DNA of 64,000 nucleotides, taken from Octopus sinensis. Taxonomy: Eukaryota. Under the pieces are notes generated by a model. The model was not told where the DNA came from. It did not search any database and saw nothing but the letters and a program-made list of their open reading frames with translations. The stretch spans positions 69,006,001 to 69,070,000 of the forward strand of contig NC_043004.1 in the NCBI RefSeq assembly GCF_006345805.1. The letters are read 5' to 3'. Shown piece by piece: positions 25,331 to 40,933 of the stretch; the stretch's first letter is position 1, and each line of letters begins with the position of its first letter. A program made the translations under genes and the position numbers.

Positions 25331-26486
25331 CAATAATGACTTTTTTTTTTACTTTTATTCCTACCCCAGTTCATCTAATTTTAAATATCGTTACTTTTCA
25401 TAAAAAAGCCTTTACTTATTTTGATTTCCAATGTGCATTTTCGCTTATTTTTCTTCATACTTTCCCCCTATATATATATATACCTAATGATGAAATTACG
25501 ATCGACTGCCTATTTATCCAGGCTCCCTCATTCACAGCTAAGTGAAGCGGAACAACGTGAAATGAAGTGCTTTTTTTCTGAAGAATACAACGCACTGCCC
25601 AGTCCAGGAAACGTAACCACAACCTTGCGATTGTGACCACAACATCCTAACCACCAGGCCAGGTGCCTTCATCTGCCCGAGATACAACGTAGTGAAGCTG
25701 AATCCCAGACACTGATTAAAAGCAAATTTTCTTAAGCATTCGACAACACTCGAAAGCTGTTTAAACTTATCTTAACCCTCGACTGATATTTTTTTCTTTG
25801 ATAAAGAGAATTTTTCGATGCCACTGCTTGTTGTATTATCAGATATAACCGTTATGTAAGCAGTTGCTAGTAGCTAACTAGTATTAAGTAACCAGAATTC
25901 TTTAATAGCTAACCAAAATTAGAATCTGCCAAAACTAATTTTAGTTGATGCCATCAACTATAATATAGTAAACACTTCTTTTTTATGGGTGGTGGTGGCA
26001 GGATTCCGTCGTCTTGTGGTCTTAGATCTCAGTAACGATGAAAACTAGTTTTTAACAACATTTTCTTCCAAAATATGTACCGAGGATAAAAGGAACAAAT
26101 ACTGCAAGATATGCTACCCTAGCGCTCTAACGACTCTGCCAGTGCGTCCCTTGAATCCGGACGATATGAATGTTTGCATAAATATAAATATAGAAGAGTT
26201 GTAAACTTTGAGAAGAAGCGATAGATGTCGCAAGTAATAGTGTCTGGGAGAAGGACTGGGAGGACTAGATGAGGAAGTAGTTACTGTAAGGTGGGTTTTT
26301 TGTCAAGAAGAGACGCGAATACATTGTTTGGATCAAAGGTGAGATATTCAAAAGTAACCAGCAATAGAAAAGGCAACGAAAAGACAGCTGTTGTACAGAC
26401 TAGCAATCGGTACGTGACTGGGTCCAGGTATACTTTTCATGCGTACGTTCATCCATTCACAATATACAAAAAGAAAACACAGTATA

Positions 26487-27013
26487 AAGGGTGTCCTAGA
26501 ATTTACTATCTATTCCAATGAAATCGGGCAATTTAAAAAAAAAACAGGCAGAATTTATGTTTATTACTTAATTGTGATACTAAAACAAATAGATTTAGAA
26601 ATCTTACATCAAAAATTTATTGAAAATTTTCAACATGTGCTCCGTCTGTATCCCAGTAAATTTCAAATCTATCTTTAGCATTGCAAAACACAATTTGAAG
26701 CATTTTTGGAGTTATCTCCTACACTCTTAACTGAATGCCTTCTTCAAGTGCAGCTAAAGTACTGCTCCATCCTGGAGATGGAGGTAGAGAAAGTGATCGA
26801 AGTCAAATTGAAAAACAGCCGTCGTCGATAGATAAACGAGATCCAAAAGAAATGGAAATAAAATTATTCAAGAAATATAAGAATTATAAAATTATAAACA
26901 AAATTAAAACTTTATACACTTTTAACACATATTAAACCTGATAAACATAGATAAAGGTGGGTTTTTTTTTAATTGTCCGATTTCATTGAAATAGTTAATT
27001 CTGGGATACCCTG
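26487..27013 (-). mobile_element. Tc1/mariner-family deletion derivative (MITE-like)
   Basis: ~55-bp imperfect TIRs (AGGGTGTCCTAGAATT.. / ..AATTCTGGGATACCCTG), TA on both sides, transposase C-terminus RFEIYWDTDGAHVENF. Confidence 0.8.
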
Positions 27014-27118
27014 TAGAATATATGCTAACAGATGAAGTATATTATATATTAGACGTGATCACATCTAGATCTTTTTTACGGTTATTTGTTGTTGTCCATT
27101 GTTAAAAATATTTCTTAC

Positions 27119-27256
27119 CGAGCTGTAAAACACAGAATCTTCCTTTTCGTTAACCAGATGAGTTTTGATGTTGAATTCTCTGGCCATCCGTAGGAGTCGA
27201 TTTTGTGTGGGTCCCACATAAGCACCGCCGAGATCTTCATAGTCAACATCTTTATT
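27119..27256 (-). CDS. MAO: MAO exon 3 equivalent, 138 nt: [46 protein letters not shown]
   Basis: cttatag acceptor, GTAAGA donor; [13 protein letters not shown] motif; phase 0/0 fits neighbouring exons. Not in the supplied ORF track. Confidence 0.96.
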
Positions 27257-27520
27257 CTATAAGAAAAGTAAAAAAAAAAACAGAGGGAGAAAAAATCAGA
27301 GAAGAGATATAAATGAGGAAAATAGAAGCAATGTGAATGTGTCGTTTAGATAAATGAAACTATTTCCATTTCAGAAAGGAATAACATTGAAACAGAAATA
27401 CTAACCGAGTTTTCAATGTAGATCGAAGATACTTATCTTTGAGAGCAACTTCTCTTGAAAAAGAAATTAATACACATACACTATAGTTATGCCACAAAGT
27501 TATAGTTGTAATAGCTATTG

Positions 27521-27572
<52 letters not shown>

Positions 27573-28280
27573 ATATACTTAACAACTGGTTTAGGAGTAT
27601 CTGACGGTGTAGATGTGTTTCTTCAGGTGATTACAGGATGTATAGCGTTAAAATAACAACTGTTCCGCAAGATATCTTCTCGGTTTGTGTATAGAAAAGT
27701 AGCAAATTAAAGGATACAGCTTCGTTTTATTCTAGATCAATAATAAGTAACAGATGCAAGAAGTAATGAATACACAATACAGCGAAAAAATATTAAATAT
27801 AACCGTTTACAGATATAGATGTATAAAAAAAATTCAGGAGGTATGAGAAGAATATATTTATTTTACCAGCTGATATCCATAGGACGACGACCATTTCACA
27901 GCCTACATCATGCAAAAATAATTTATGTTAATGTCTGCACTAGTATGTATGCAATAAATTGCTTAGTACTATTGTACATTTTACAATCGAATGCAGGTAT
28001 AGAATACATACGTTATTGCTTTATGGCTTTTGGGATCTATGCGTGAATATGCATATAAGCCAACTGTTCCTACGAATTTTTACTTTTCGAACATATATAT
28101 ATATATACAAATTGAGATAGGGGTTGTAAATGCAACCCTCCATGGGATAACATATATCCAATATACTGCTAGTGAAGTACCCAACAAAGTTAATACATAA
28201 ATGTTAGGGATTGCGATGCAATCAATTCATTTACTGTATTATATGGGCGAAGGTAAAATGATTTACCACAAATTACTAAT

Positions 28281-28898
28281 ACAAGATAAGAAAATGGAGA
28301 AATACATCTAAATCAAATATCAATTACCAGATAATACTCAATCACATACTTTATTAAACCACCACATAAGAGACTGTAGGGTTAAACATAAAAAGCAGAA
28401 CAAATCAGAGTACATAAAGGAATGTACATAAAAAAGTGTACATAAAAGAGTGATGTTGTATAATAAGTAGAATATATATAAAAAAGAGAATATACATATA
28501 AGTAAATATAAATATAAGTATAGATTACATCTTACAGCTGTTTCGGCCATGTAGATAAGTATGTCTCATTTTACCAATATTGGCCTTTTATGGTAGGTCA
28601 ATATTGGTAAAATGAGACATACTTATCTACATGGCTGAAACAGCTGTAAGATGTAATCTATACTTATATTTATATTTACTTATATGTATATTCTCTTTTT
28701 TATATATATTCTACTTATTATACAACATCACTCTTTTATGTACACCTTTTTATGTACATTCCTTTATGTACACTGATTTGTTCTGCTTTTTTATGTTTAA
28801 CCCTACAGTCTCTTATGTGGTGGTTTAATAAAGTATGTGATTGAGTATTATCTGGTAATTGATATTTGATTTAGATGTATTTCTCCATTTTCTTATCT

Positions 28899-28901
<3 letters not shown>
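28281..28901. repeat. Near-perfect fold-back palindrome, ~302-bp arms, ~16-nt loop (PLE pLTR-like)
   Basis: 28281-28582 versus 28599-28901; each arm carries GAAAC-AGCT-GTA; related single copy at ~18540-18750. Confidence 0.95.
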
Positions 28902-28971
<70 letters not shown>

Positions 28972-28976
<5 letters not shown>

Positions 28977-29327
28977 TAGGAGTGGCTGTGTGGTAAGTAG
29001 CTTGCTTACCAACCACATGGTTCCGGGTCAGTCCCACTGCGTGGCACCATGTGAGTGGATTAGGTAGACGGAAACTACAAGAATCCTTCGTATATATCTA
29101 TGTATATATATATATGTGTGGGGGGTGCGTGTCTGTGTTTGTCCCCCAACATCGCTTGACAACCGATGCTGGTGTGTTTACGAACTTAGCGGTACGGCAA
29201 AAGAGACCGATAGAATAAGTACTAGGCTTACAAAGAATAAGTCCTGGGGTCGATTTGCTCGACTAAAGGCTGTGCTCCAGCATGGCCACAGTCAAAATGA
29301 CTGAAACAAGTAAAAGAGTAAAAGAGT
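28972..29327 (+). mobile_element. SINE family A with a ~45-bp internal deletion
   Basis: Head and tail present; the segment after GTGGCACC is missing. Confidence 0.85.
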
Positions 29328-29672
29328 ATATACACGCAGAAAATGTAAGGAATTTTCGTCAACTGACTTAAAGTAAGAGGTATGTACTATAAGTGCTCTG
29401 TTTGGTCTACCACTAAATTCCGGCTTGAACTGCAACTGAACGTGTGCTGTTGGGACTGCCTATTAGAAACGGCTATAGGTGGGTCTTCTTTGGATTACCT
29501 TTGAACAGGTAGATGAAGATTAATGTAAAAAGGAAAAAGCAAACCCTTTAATATCACTTGGGAAAAAAACATTTAGTTTCGATAGAGAATAATAGATATA
29601 CAGTGTCTTACAGCCGTTTCTCGAATAGCCAAGCGTGTGGAAATCGCTGGCCTTGTGCCGAAATTTGAAACC

Positions 29673-29733
<61 letters not shown>

Positions 29734-30141
29734 TTGTTATTACAAAAAATTGAACTTTAAAAAGCAGCTGTTTGTACACAGCTGTTCGGAAAATTCTTTG
29801 AGAAACAATTATCTGTGAAACAAAACAGCTTCTTGATAACAGTCAATTTTATCTTATAAAAATATATAGAAACTCTATAACTGACTTAGTATTGAATAAT
29901 CTTTATTGGTACTTTCTTCCTGTTGCTACTTTGATATGTCAAATGTATATACTGCGCTACATACTGGCTAATCACTTAAATTCATTTAGAGTTGAAAATA
30001 AAAAAAATGCCAAACAAGTCTAAGTAGGTTACTCTGGTCCATTAAAGATAAAAACAAGGACTATACTATCAAGTGGGAATTGATTAGTACTGCAAGACCA
30101 TACAGGCCAGGAACTAGTAAGGAACTAATAAATGTAACTTA

Positions 30142-30556
30142 TCTCTTTTACCTCTCTTTTACTTGTTTCAGTCATTTTGACTGCGGCCATGCTGGAGCAC
30201 CGCCTTTAATCGAGCAACTCGACCCCGGGACTTATTCTTTTGTAAGCCCAGTACTAATTCTATCGGTCTCTTTTGCCGAACCGCTAAGTAACGGGGACAT
30301 AAACACACCAGCATCGGTTGTCAAGCAATGCTAGGGGGACAAACATAGACACACAAACACACACACGCATATATATATATATACATATATACGACGGGCT
30401 TCTTTCAGTTTCCGTCTACCAAATCCACTTACAAGGCTTTGGTCGGCCCGAGGCTATAGTAGAAGCCACTTGCCCAAGGTGCCACGCAGTGGGACTGAAC
30501 CCGGAACCATGTGGTTGGTAGACAAGCTACTTACCACACAGCCACTCCTGTGTCTA
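30142..30556 (-). mobile_element. SINE family A, full length
   Basis: Matches other family A copies. Confidence 0.9.
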
Positions 30557-31299
30557 TGGAGTCTACTTATGTCCAGAAGAATTTTTACATCTGAGGATAA
30601 TAGGCAAGAACGAGCTTTAAGATACTGCTTAGGAGAACATTTACCTTTGCTCGATATAAATGTTATAAATATTGAAACAATTAAGTTTTTTGAAATAACA
30701 AACAATAAGGAATAAAGGAGTGATTATCGAATCAATACTTGGAATTGAAGATAGTTCGCGTCTAAATTAACGTACAACTCCACATCATTGAACGCAAAGA
30801 AAATCAACATGAAATTTTAACCAGTTAAATGTAAAAGGATATTAAAGTGAGGTCCCTGAAGACGCTGCACAGCTACTTTGTTAGCTTTTCGTGTTGACAT
30901 ATTGTTATTTTTAAATAGTAATGGTTTCTTTTTTAAAAAAAACCTTACTGCCTAAATATCGGTATATGCTTGTTTGTTTATGTGTATGTGACTGTGTGTG
31001 TGTATCTGTGTCTGTGCGTGTAAATACTGTATGTATGTGCGTGTTATTTTTGTATGTTATTTGTGGCATCCCCTACATGTTAAATTGATCTGTTTACAAC
31101 AACCGTTATATTGTACAAATATATTGACTAGCAACACATTCGGCGTACGTTATGTGGTATACAAAGTAGATATTACGCTTTGTTTTGGGAAACTAAACTG
31201 ATGTTTAGCTGTTTATTTAATGTTTATTAGTTAGAGAACTATAGAAATGTATAAATATACGAAATGTGGGTTAATAATTATGCAACTATAGAGGCATTT

Positions 31300-32320
31300 T
31301 GTTGTTAGGACATTTTCACCTGACTTGAAGGTTTTTTGATATGCTGAATCCAAAATGGAATCTACTTTTTACCATCACGTCTAGATTTCCAGATACTCAA
31401 ACTCCCTTAATCACCAGTGGGTTATATGCGTGGACAATTTTCTCCTGTGGGACAGCAGAGCCAGGGAAAACATTGGGTGATCAAAGAATTGCAGCGAACA
31501 TTAGTTCCAAAGTCTTTTAATGTGTTTGAAGAGCCGTTATTTCAACTGGGAAATTTCATCGAATCTCCACTCCATATCATTCTTAACATTATGAAGAAGA
31601 TAATTAAAACTCTGGATAAAGACAGGCCATGCTTTCAGTCTATCTGCTGCACATTTCTCGGTCTGTGCAGTGAAAGGATAAAACTCTGAGTATTTGATGA
31701 GCCTCAAATCATAAAAATAGAAGATAGATGGGAACTTTGTAAATTCAATGAATTGAATTGAGGCAGCAGCATAAATTAATTTATAACAATAATGAATAAT
31801 TTTCTGTGCAACAAGAAAACAGCCAACCATAACGAAATAAGCGACATGCTGGAGAACTTTTCAAACTTAGAAGCAAATATGAGCATAAAGTGCATCTCCA
31901 CAGTCATCTTGATAAATTCTCTGAAAATCTTGGTGAAACAAGTGACGAGCAGGGAGAATCAATGGAACAAATGTATCAAGGCAGATGGGACTTCCATATG
32001 GGGAAGAAGTATTGCTAGAACTTGGCCCGTGTTTCTCTTGAAGTTTGGCACTCAAGAAAATCATCCAAACGCAAATTCATGGGAAATTAGACAATTTATC
32101 TGTAGAAATGTTAAGATTTTTACTAGATTTTCAGTCGAATTCTAAGAAAACATTATGATTTTAAATAAAAATCAATTTCTATATATATATTAGTATGTTA
32201 TGTCTGTTTTATTGAAAGGAAATGCAATTAAATTCTATTGACCCAGTATCTTAAAATCTTGACGTGACGATAATAATTGGATGTCATTTTTGGATTCTTT
32301 ATGCAAAAATAAATAAGTAC
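31300..32320 (+). mobile_element. Degraded DNA transposon, probably Chapaev3/CMC-like
   Basis: PLHIILNIMKKIIKTLDKD, HSHLDKFSENLGETSDEQGE, YQGRWD motifs; subterminal inverted TGAATCCAAAA..CATCACGTC / GACGTGACG..TTTTGGATTC. Family name is from memory. Confidence 0.65.
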
Positions 32321-33103
32321 CAGTTACGCACTGGGTCGATATAATCGATTTAACCCGTTTGTCTGTCCTTGTTTGTCCCCTCTGTGTGTCTACATCGACA
32401 GTTCAACCAACACGCCAACTCAACCACATATTTACAAACACCGAGAACTCTCTTAACTCAAAAAGTCTTGTCGCATTGTTAGCGACTGACTTGAACTCTC
32501 TCAAGAAGAACGTAAATTAAACTTAAGTGGTAAGTAGCTTGCTTACCGACCACATGGTTTTGGGTTCAGTCCCACTGCGTGTCTTCTACTATAGACTCGG
32601 GCCGACCAAAGCCTTGTGAGTGGATTTGGTAGACGGGAGCTGAAAGAGGCTCGTCATATATATATATATATATAGTGAAGAATGGAACGTTCTGTATACA
32701 CAGGGGATAGGTATATAAGAAAGAAAAGAAATCTAAGAGTCACACAAAGTTTGTATAATAAAATTTATGGTGATATTAGGATCATATAATATCATTACAT
32801 CATTACAAATTAAAACGATTGTCAACTAATATAGAGAAAACTTTTTTGTTGTCAATAGGACGCCATCTTTGAAAAAAGTGAACAGAGTTGAACCAATATG
32901 TCAAGGGGAGCAACTCTTATTTTTTCATGAAGCTTTTCAATGTTTTTGGCAAGCATACAGTTACAGGAGCCATTTTATACACAGTCAATTATATTACCGT
33001 ACTAGGTTTTAAAGATTGAAACTTTCTCTCTCTTCTTGATCTATTAGAGAATTTGAGTAAAATTATATTCATGTGTCCAACTGATTAAAAAATTCTATTT
33101 ATT

Positions 33104-33190
33104 TATGCCGCTGAGGATAGCCCGCATTTAAACTGATGTAATGATTGCATTGTTAAATTAAATGGAGCCGCTTGAAACGGTTGTAGAGCA
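33104..33190 (+). ncRNA. Degenerate hammerhead motif in a PLE-like remnant
   Basis: ATGCCG-CTGAGGA...GAAAC-GGTT-GTA-GAGCAT; outer 4 bp of helix I pair, inner two mismatch. Confidence 0.5.
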
Positions 33191-33322
33191 TCACTTGTTG
33201 ATATTCTGTTGCTTATTTTGATGTTATTCACCTTACTTTGAGTTGTACGGATAATACCGCACTAACTTGGTGCTTCAACTTAGGTACCTAATTCAACTGA
33301 ATCTCAATTATATATATTATAT

Positions 33323-33428
<106 letters not shown>

Positions 33429-33593
33429 GAGTGGAATTTAAGTTAGTTGAAATGTTTGTTGCCTATTTCAACTGCTAAATGCAAACACACTGCAGTTACA
33501 GTGGAGAAAAATCTCTCTTGTGGTAAAAAGGTGTGAAACACCCAGTTCATTCAGTGTCGCCATCTGTATATATACAAAGCAATGTAAAAATCG

Positions 33594-33687
<94 letters not shown>

Positions 33688-33694
33688 TATATAC

Positions 33695-33781
<87 letters not shown>

Positions 33782-33812
33782 CACAAGAGTTAAGGAATGA
33801 AGTATGGGAAAT

Positions 33813-33899
33813 CCGGGTTACATATGTTTCATAGAGAGTGGAACCCTCAGAATTGGTAAAAACCAAGTGACGTGTATACCGCCGGCTACTCTTCAGGAC
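33813..33899 (-). ncRNA. Degenerate hammerhead motif in a PLE-like remnant
   Basis: Minus strand CTGAAGA-GTAG...CTAT-GAAAC-ATAT-GTA; helix I eroded. Confidence 0.55.
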
Positions 33900-34109
33900 A
33901 GGGGTATCTTGATTAGATTAAAGGCTACATTGTCACCGAGGAATATAAAAAAAACTTTTTTCAGTTCATCGTTCTTCGATAAAAGTAGAAAAATCCGCAA
34001 CTTTCTGTCTCACTAAACTACTATTGTTCTTGAACACTGTTTTTTTTATATTCACTACCGATTGCTCGAAGCTAAAGTTCCTCCAACACCTCGATCCCTG
34101 GATCTTACA

Positions 34110-34505
34110 TCTTTATACATAAAAGTTAAGTTGTGTGTCCGTCTCCTACGATTTAGATTCCTAACTACTCCCATATTTTGCGGTGCAGTTTAACCAAAAG
34201 CGAGTATCTTATAGTCGTGATCATATCGAGCCCTTCTGGGTATTAGCGCGCGTCTACGATGAGTCTACGATTTTTAAAATAATTTACCATCATTTTTTTC
34301 CATTTTAATGCATTTTTTCACTATTATATAAGGGAAGTAACTCTCTAAAAATGTCTACGATGAGTCAACGATTTTTAAAAAAATTTACTATATTTTGTTT
34401 TCCATTTTTAATGCATTTTTTGCTACTTTTTGGCTATAACTCTCTAAAAATGCTTATATAGTTATTTCCCTTACAAACCCGAGCAACGCCGGGCGATACT
34501 GCTAG
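34110..34505 (+). mobile_element. Non-autonomous Helitron
   Basis: A|TC start; CCCGAGCAACGCCGGG hairpin plus CTAG|T; internal ~105-bp duplication. Confidence 0.85.
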
Positions 34506-35226
34506 TTTATATATATGTGTGTGTGTGAGTATGTGTGTGTATACTTATATATATGCATATAGATAGACTGATCGATAGATATGCACACATATGTATCTAT
34601 GCATATATACGTACATATGTATGTGTGCATGAGTTAGGGCACGTGTGTGTGTGTGTGTGTATGTAAGTATATATAACGCATACGTATTCGTAAATTAACG
34701 TTCATTCATGCCATTATATGGCGTTTAGTGACATAATTGAAAGAACATGTCTACGAACGCCACCTCTACCGCAACCCCCAACACCACCGTCATCACCGTC
34801 ATCAGCAACATTACCACCGTCACCACCACCGTTGCCATCAGCATCTCACTATCGACACTACACCAGCATTAATCCCACCACAATCGTCACCATCACCGCA
34901 GCCGCCGCCACTGCCACTACCACCACCACCACCACCACCACCACCACCACTATCTGTTCCACAGAATTCCCATCAATTAACCTAAATTTAACCTGTAATC
35001 TTGAGATAACTCCCCTTAACCTCTCCCTACCACCCTTCTTCCTCTTCATTTTAGCTGTCTAAATTTCTTCATCTTCGCCTCTTTATTAAATATATGAGAG
35101 AAACAAAATAGAATTCACGAGATTCTTTATCATACACTACGTTCGTTTCGACCCATCGTATACCGGTGCTTCACAGGTGAGATGCTGTACAAACAGTTCT
35201 GTTGCATCGTGTGTGTGTGTGTGTGT

Positions 35227-35266
<40 letters not shown>

Positions 35267-35349
35267 TGTGTGTGTGTGTGTGTCATATTTTCTGCACAAC
35301 AACAGTTCGATCTTGAATCAAACTTATCATTGCCAATAATAAACACTCT

Positions 35350-35440
35350 ACCTATGTACGTACGCATGCATGCATGTGTGTATGTATGTATGTATGCATG
35401 TATGTATGTAAGTATGTATGTATGTATGTATGTATGTATG

Positions 35441-35471
<31 letters not shown>

Positions 35472-35508
35472 GTATGTATGTGTGTATGTATGTATGTATG
35501 TATGTATG

Positions 35509-35539
<31 letters not shown>

Positions 35540-35560
35540 GTATGTATGTATGTATGTAAG

Positions 35561-35591
<31 letters not shown>

Positions 35592-35592
35592 G

Positions 35593-35623
<31 letters not shown>

Positions 35624-35731
35624 GTATGTATGTATGTATGTAAGTATGTATGTATGTATGTATGTATGTATGTATGTATGTATGTATGTATGTATGTAGT
35701 ATGTATGTATGTATGTATGTATGTAAGTATG

Positions 35732-35762
<31 letters not shown>

Positions 35763-35783
35763 GTATGTATGTATGTATGTATG

Positions 35784-35814
<31 letters not shown>

Positions 35815-36130
35815 GTATGTATGTATGTATGTATGTATGTATGTATGTATGTATGTATGTATGTAGTATGTATGTATGTATGTATGTATGTATGTAGTAT
35901 GTATGTATGTATGTATGTAAGTATGTATGTATGTATGTATGTATGTATGTATGAATGTATGTATGTATGTATGTATGTATGTATGTATGTATGGTATGTA
36001 TGTATGTATGAATGTATGTATGTATGTATGTATGTATGTATGTATGTATGTATGTGTGTATGTATGTATGTATGCATGTATGCATGTACGTATGTATGTG
36101 TGTTTATGTATGTATGCATATGTGTGTTCA
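35350..36130. repeat. (TATG)n microsatellite, ~0.8 kb
   Basis: Read directly. Confidence 0.98.
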
Positions 36131-36458
36131 TATGTGTGTGTATATCCATCTAACTATAAACCTAAACCCACATGCATTTTTTTACAAGCTCCATCTTTTC
36201 CTTTCATTTTCCTTTCAACTCTTCCTTCTCTTTAGCCTTCCACGGATTTCACTCACGCATTCGACGAATCTCAATATCTGAAACACAATACTTTTAGCAA
36301 TAACTCTTCTTTCTTTGAGCCTCGTCAAAATAATATTAACACTGAACGTCTCTTGTACTTTTGTTGCTTTTTGTCTTTTGTTATTTGTATTTGCTTTATA
36401 CGTGCATGTAGGTATATATATGTGTGTGTGTCTGTGTGTGTGTCTGTGTGTGTCTGTG

Positions 36459-36531
<73 letters not shown>

Positions 36532-37108
36532 TATATATATGCATACATATACATATATACAAAGAATTAAAGGTAATGCTATACCACTTCCTAATAATCT
36601 TTATTATTATTGTTGCTATGTATATATATATACATACACATACATACATACATACATACATACATACATACATACATACATACATACATACATACATACA
36701 TACATACATACATACAGTGAATGAATTCTCATCTAAATTGGGCAAAATGAAAATAACAAATTGCGTCATGGTGCTGTTTTCCTCACAGACGGTACTCAAC
36801 TGACCCTACTATACTTTGTAGTCGACAAAATCAGAAACAAACAATAGGCATGCGTGAAATTAAAAGTCTAAAATGGCGATAATTCACCCATTGCATCTTG
36901 TATGTATATATATGAATTGATGAATATTTGTATTTAAAACTAAGGATGAATATATAAAGAGTTACGTGCTTTTGTACCCCTGTACACGGTTTTCAAAGAA
37001 TACGTTTGATTAGTCGGCAATGTTTGACTCTAAGTAAGATTTTAAGAGGTTTAAGCACCACATATGCGTATATGTGTGTGTGTGTATATACAAATGTATG
37101 TATGTGTT

Positions 37109-37155
<47 letters not shown>

Positions 37156-37296
37156 CATATACAAATATATGTATGTGTATATATATATATATGATTTATA
37201 TATTCATATTATATACGTGTTAGTATGTATGTATTATAGATAGATAGATAGCTAGATAGATACATACATACATACATACATACATACATACATACA

Positions 37297-37327
<31 letters not shown>

Positions 37328-37869
37328 GCTTTTCTTACAATTACATACATATATATATATATATATAGCTGAATATTACAGAAAACAAAAGGCGAAGAAA
37401 GGTGTATAAACAATAAACAGGTGTATTAGTTTGACACTCAGCAAGGTGAGAAAGTATTTTACGTTTCGAGCCTACGCTCTTCAACATAAAGTAACACAAG
37501 GCAATAAACATAGGTCAATCATATCGACATGTATGTATGTATGTATGTATGTATGTATGTATGTATGTATGTATGTATGTATGTACTTTCACCCATACAT
37601 ACATACATATACGATGAACATCACTTTACAGGAAAATGCCCTTCCTTCAATTAGTAAATGCCGTCATAAGATCTCATATGACAAGCAATTCCACCTTTGA
37701 ATAAATAGGCCCTACTCCAGATGTTACAAACATGTTCAGGGGAAAAGTATTTGGATTTGAAATAAAGTCTCATTTACGAAGTGCTCTTTTCATGATAGTG
37801 TTCAATTATTCATGTTTTAAATTGTAGGTCACTTCTTTACAAACCGATCGATTTTCCAGTATCTGCTCC

Positions 37870-38990
37870 CACTTTTCAACATCCATACTAAGAGCCTATG
37901 GTTGTTTTTGACAAAATCCCTACGTTTCTTGGGTTTATGCTTTAAATGTTTACCATGCTGTCACAAGCCGTAAAACAACTGCTTAGGAAACCTGCCGTCC
38001 TGCATCCTAATATGATTCCTAGCCCAATGCATCTGAGGAGTATTTCAATACTCGATGTGTTGACTCACTGAAAAACAACAGTGTTTAAAATTAGAGACGG
38101 CTGTTAGATGTTTAATATCCTTCTACGACAAGCTTCATAGAATTCTTTCAAGGCTTTCATGTGATGATGATACTTAGTCCAAGCATCAAAAGGTCAGTTA
38201 AGGTGTTTTATTCGTAGATGCCGAGTTTGGTTTTGGAGATGATACCTTTGTCAGATCATGATTTTTTTCGAGCTTTCCGAAGACTTTGCTGGCTTTTTCG
38301 ATCCTCAGATTTACTTCAGAATCAAGTGATCCGTCTCTATGAAGACTGCAACCAACGTAGACGAAATATTAGATCATATCCAACCATGTATCCTGGACGA
38401 AGATGTTAAGATCAGATCGATATAGAGCTGGCCTGAAGGCGGAGAGAATAACATGGCTTTTGCTTTCTTCAGACCGATGGTAAGTCCAAAAGTGGGGCAT
38501 GTTCTAGAGAAGAGATCCATTAAAACCGGCGTGCCTGCTTCGGTGTGTGCAACGAGATATACATTGGCAGCATAAAGGAGTTCATGAACAAAGAGTGGAA
38601 ATTATTCGAGTTTACGTTGAAGCGTCTTACATCAAAGATTTTTACCTATGGCTCTGATGCGATTGTACACGCCTATATTTCTGTTCCGGAGGCGTACGAG
38701 ATAGCTACAGTAAAATATATGAAAAAAAGGGGGTTATCGATGGAAATTAGTTTTGAAAGTGAACCGTTAAAGTAAAACCAAACTTCCATTTTACAATTGG
38801 ACCGCTTAAACAAGTGGACTAACTGAGATAGGCACCCAAGAAATTGATCCAAAGAACGATCCTCTTAACAGTATCGAAGGCATTTATTGAATCGACAAAG
38901 ACCTGCAGAAGAACTATGCGATACAATTCTCCAGGAGTTGACAAGCAGGAAAAGAATTCTGTCAATTGTACAAGTATGCATGATACATAT
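37870..38990 (-). mobile_element. RTE-clade LINE RT fragment, degraded
   Basis: FVDSINAFDTVKRIVLW (RT domain 3) and LLYAANVYLVAHTE...FGLTIGLKKAKAM (YADD region). Confidence 0.8.
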
Positions 38991-39009
38991 ACAGACATGC
39001 TTTCCTCCA

Positions 39010-39542
39010 TACATAGATACATACATACATACATACATACACATACATACATACCTACATACAAACATACATACATACATACATACATACATACATACCT
39101 ACATACAAACATACATACATACATACATACCTACATACATACATACATACATACATACATACATACATACATACATACATACATACATACATACATACAT
39201 ACATACAAACATTCATACATACATACAAACATACATACATACACATACATACATACAAACATACATACATACATACATACATACATACATACATCATACA
39301 TACATACATACATACATACAACAACATACATACATACATTCATACATACATACATACATACATACATACATACATACATACATACATACATACATACATA
39401 CATACATACATACATACATACATACATACATACATACATACATACATACAAACATACATACATACATACATTCATACATACATACATACATACATACATA
39501 CATACATACATACATACATACATACATACATACATACATGCA

Positions 39543-39574
<32 letters not shown>

Positions 39575-39812
39575 CATACATACATACATACATTCATACA
39601 TACTACATACATACATACCTACATACATACATACATACTACATACATACATACATACATAATACATACATACATACAACATACATACATACATAATACAT
39701 ACATACATACATACATACCTACATACATACATACATACATACATACATACATACAAACATACATACATACATAATACATACATACATACATACATACATA
39801 CACATACATACA

Positions 39813-39844
<32 letters not shown>

Positions 39845-39874
39845 CATACATACATACATACATACATACATACA

Positions 39875-39905
<31 letters not shown>

Positions 39906-40760
39906 CATACATACATAATACATACAGCATACATACATACATACATACATACATACATACATACATACATACATAATACATACATACATACATACATACA
40001 TACATACATCATACATACATACATAACATACATACATACATACATACATACATAACATACATACATACATACATATATACATACATAAATACATACATAC
40101 ATACGTTACATACATACATGCATACATACATAATACATACATACATACATACATACATACATACATACATAATACATACATACATACATACATACATACA
40201 TACATACTACATACATACATACATACATACATACATACATACATACATACATACATACATACATACATACATACATACATACATACATACATACATACAT
40301 ACATACATACATACATACATACATACATTCATACATACATACATACATACATACATACATACATACATACATACATACATGCATGCATACATACAACAAC
40401 ATACTACATACATACATACATCCATACATACATACATACATACATTCCATACATACATACATACATACTACATACATACATACATACATACATACATACA
40501 TACATACATACAGACATACATACATGCATACATACATACATACATACATACATACATACATACATACATACATACATACATACATTCATACATACCTCAT
40601 ACATACATACATACATACATACATACATACATACATACATACATACATACATGCATACATACTACATACATACATACATACATACATACCTACATACATA
40701 CATACAACATACATACATACATACAACATACATACAACATACATACATACATACAAGCAC
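39010..40760. repeat. (CATA)n microsatellite, ~1.75 kb, imperfect
   Basis: Read directly. Confidence 0.98.
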
Positions 40761-40807
40761 ACACACACGTATGTGGTGTGTGAGTGTACGAGGACGTGCT
40801 GAAAAGT

Positions 40808-40841
<34 letters not shown>

Positions 40842-40847
40842 ATATAT

Positions 40848-40933
<86 letters not shown>

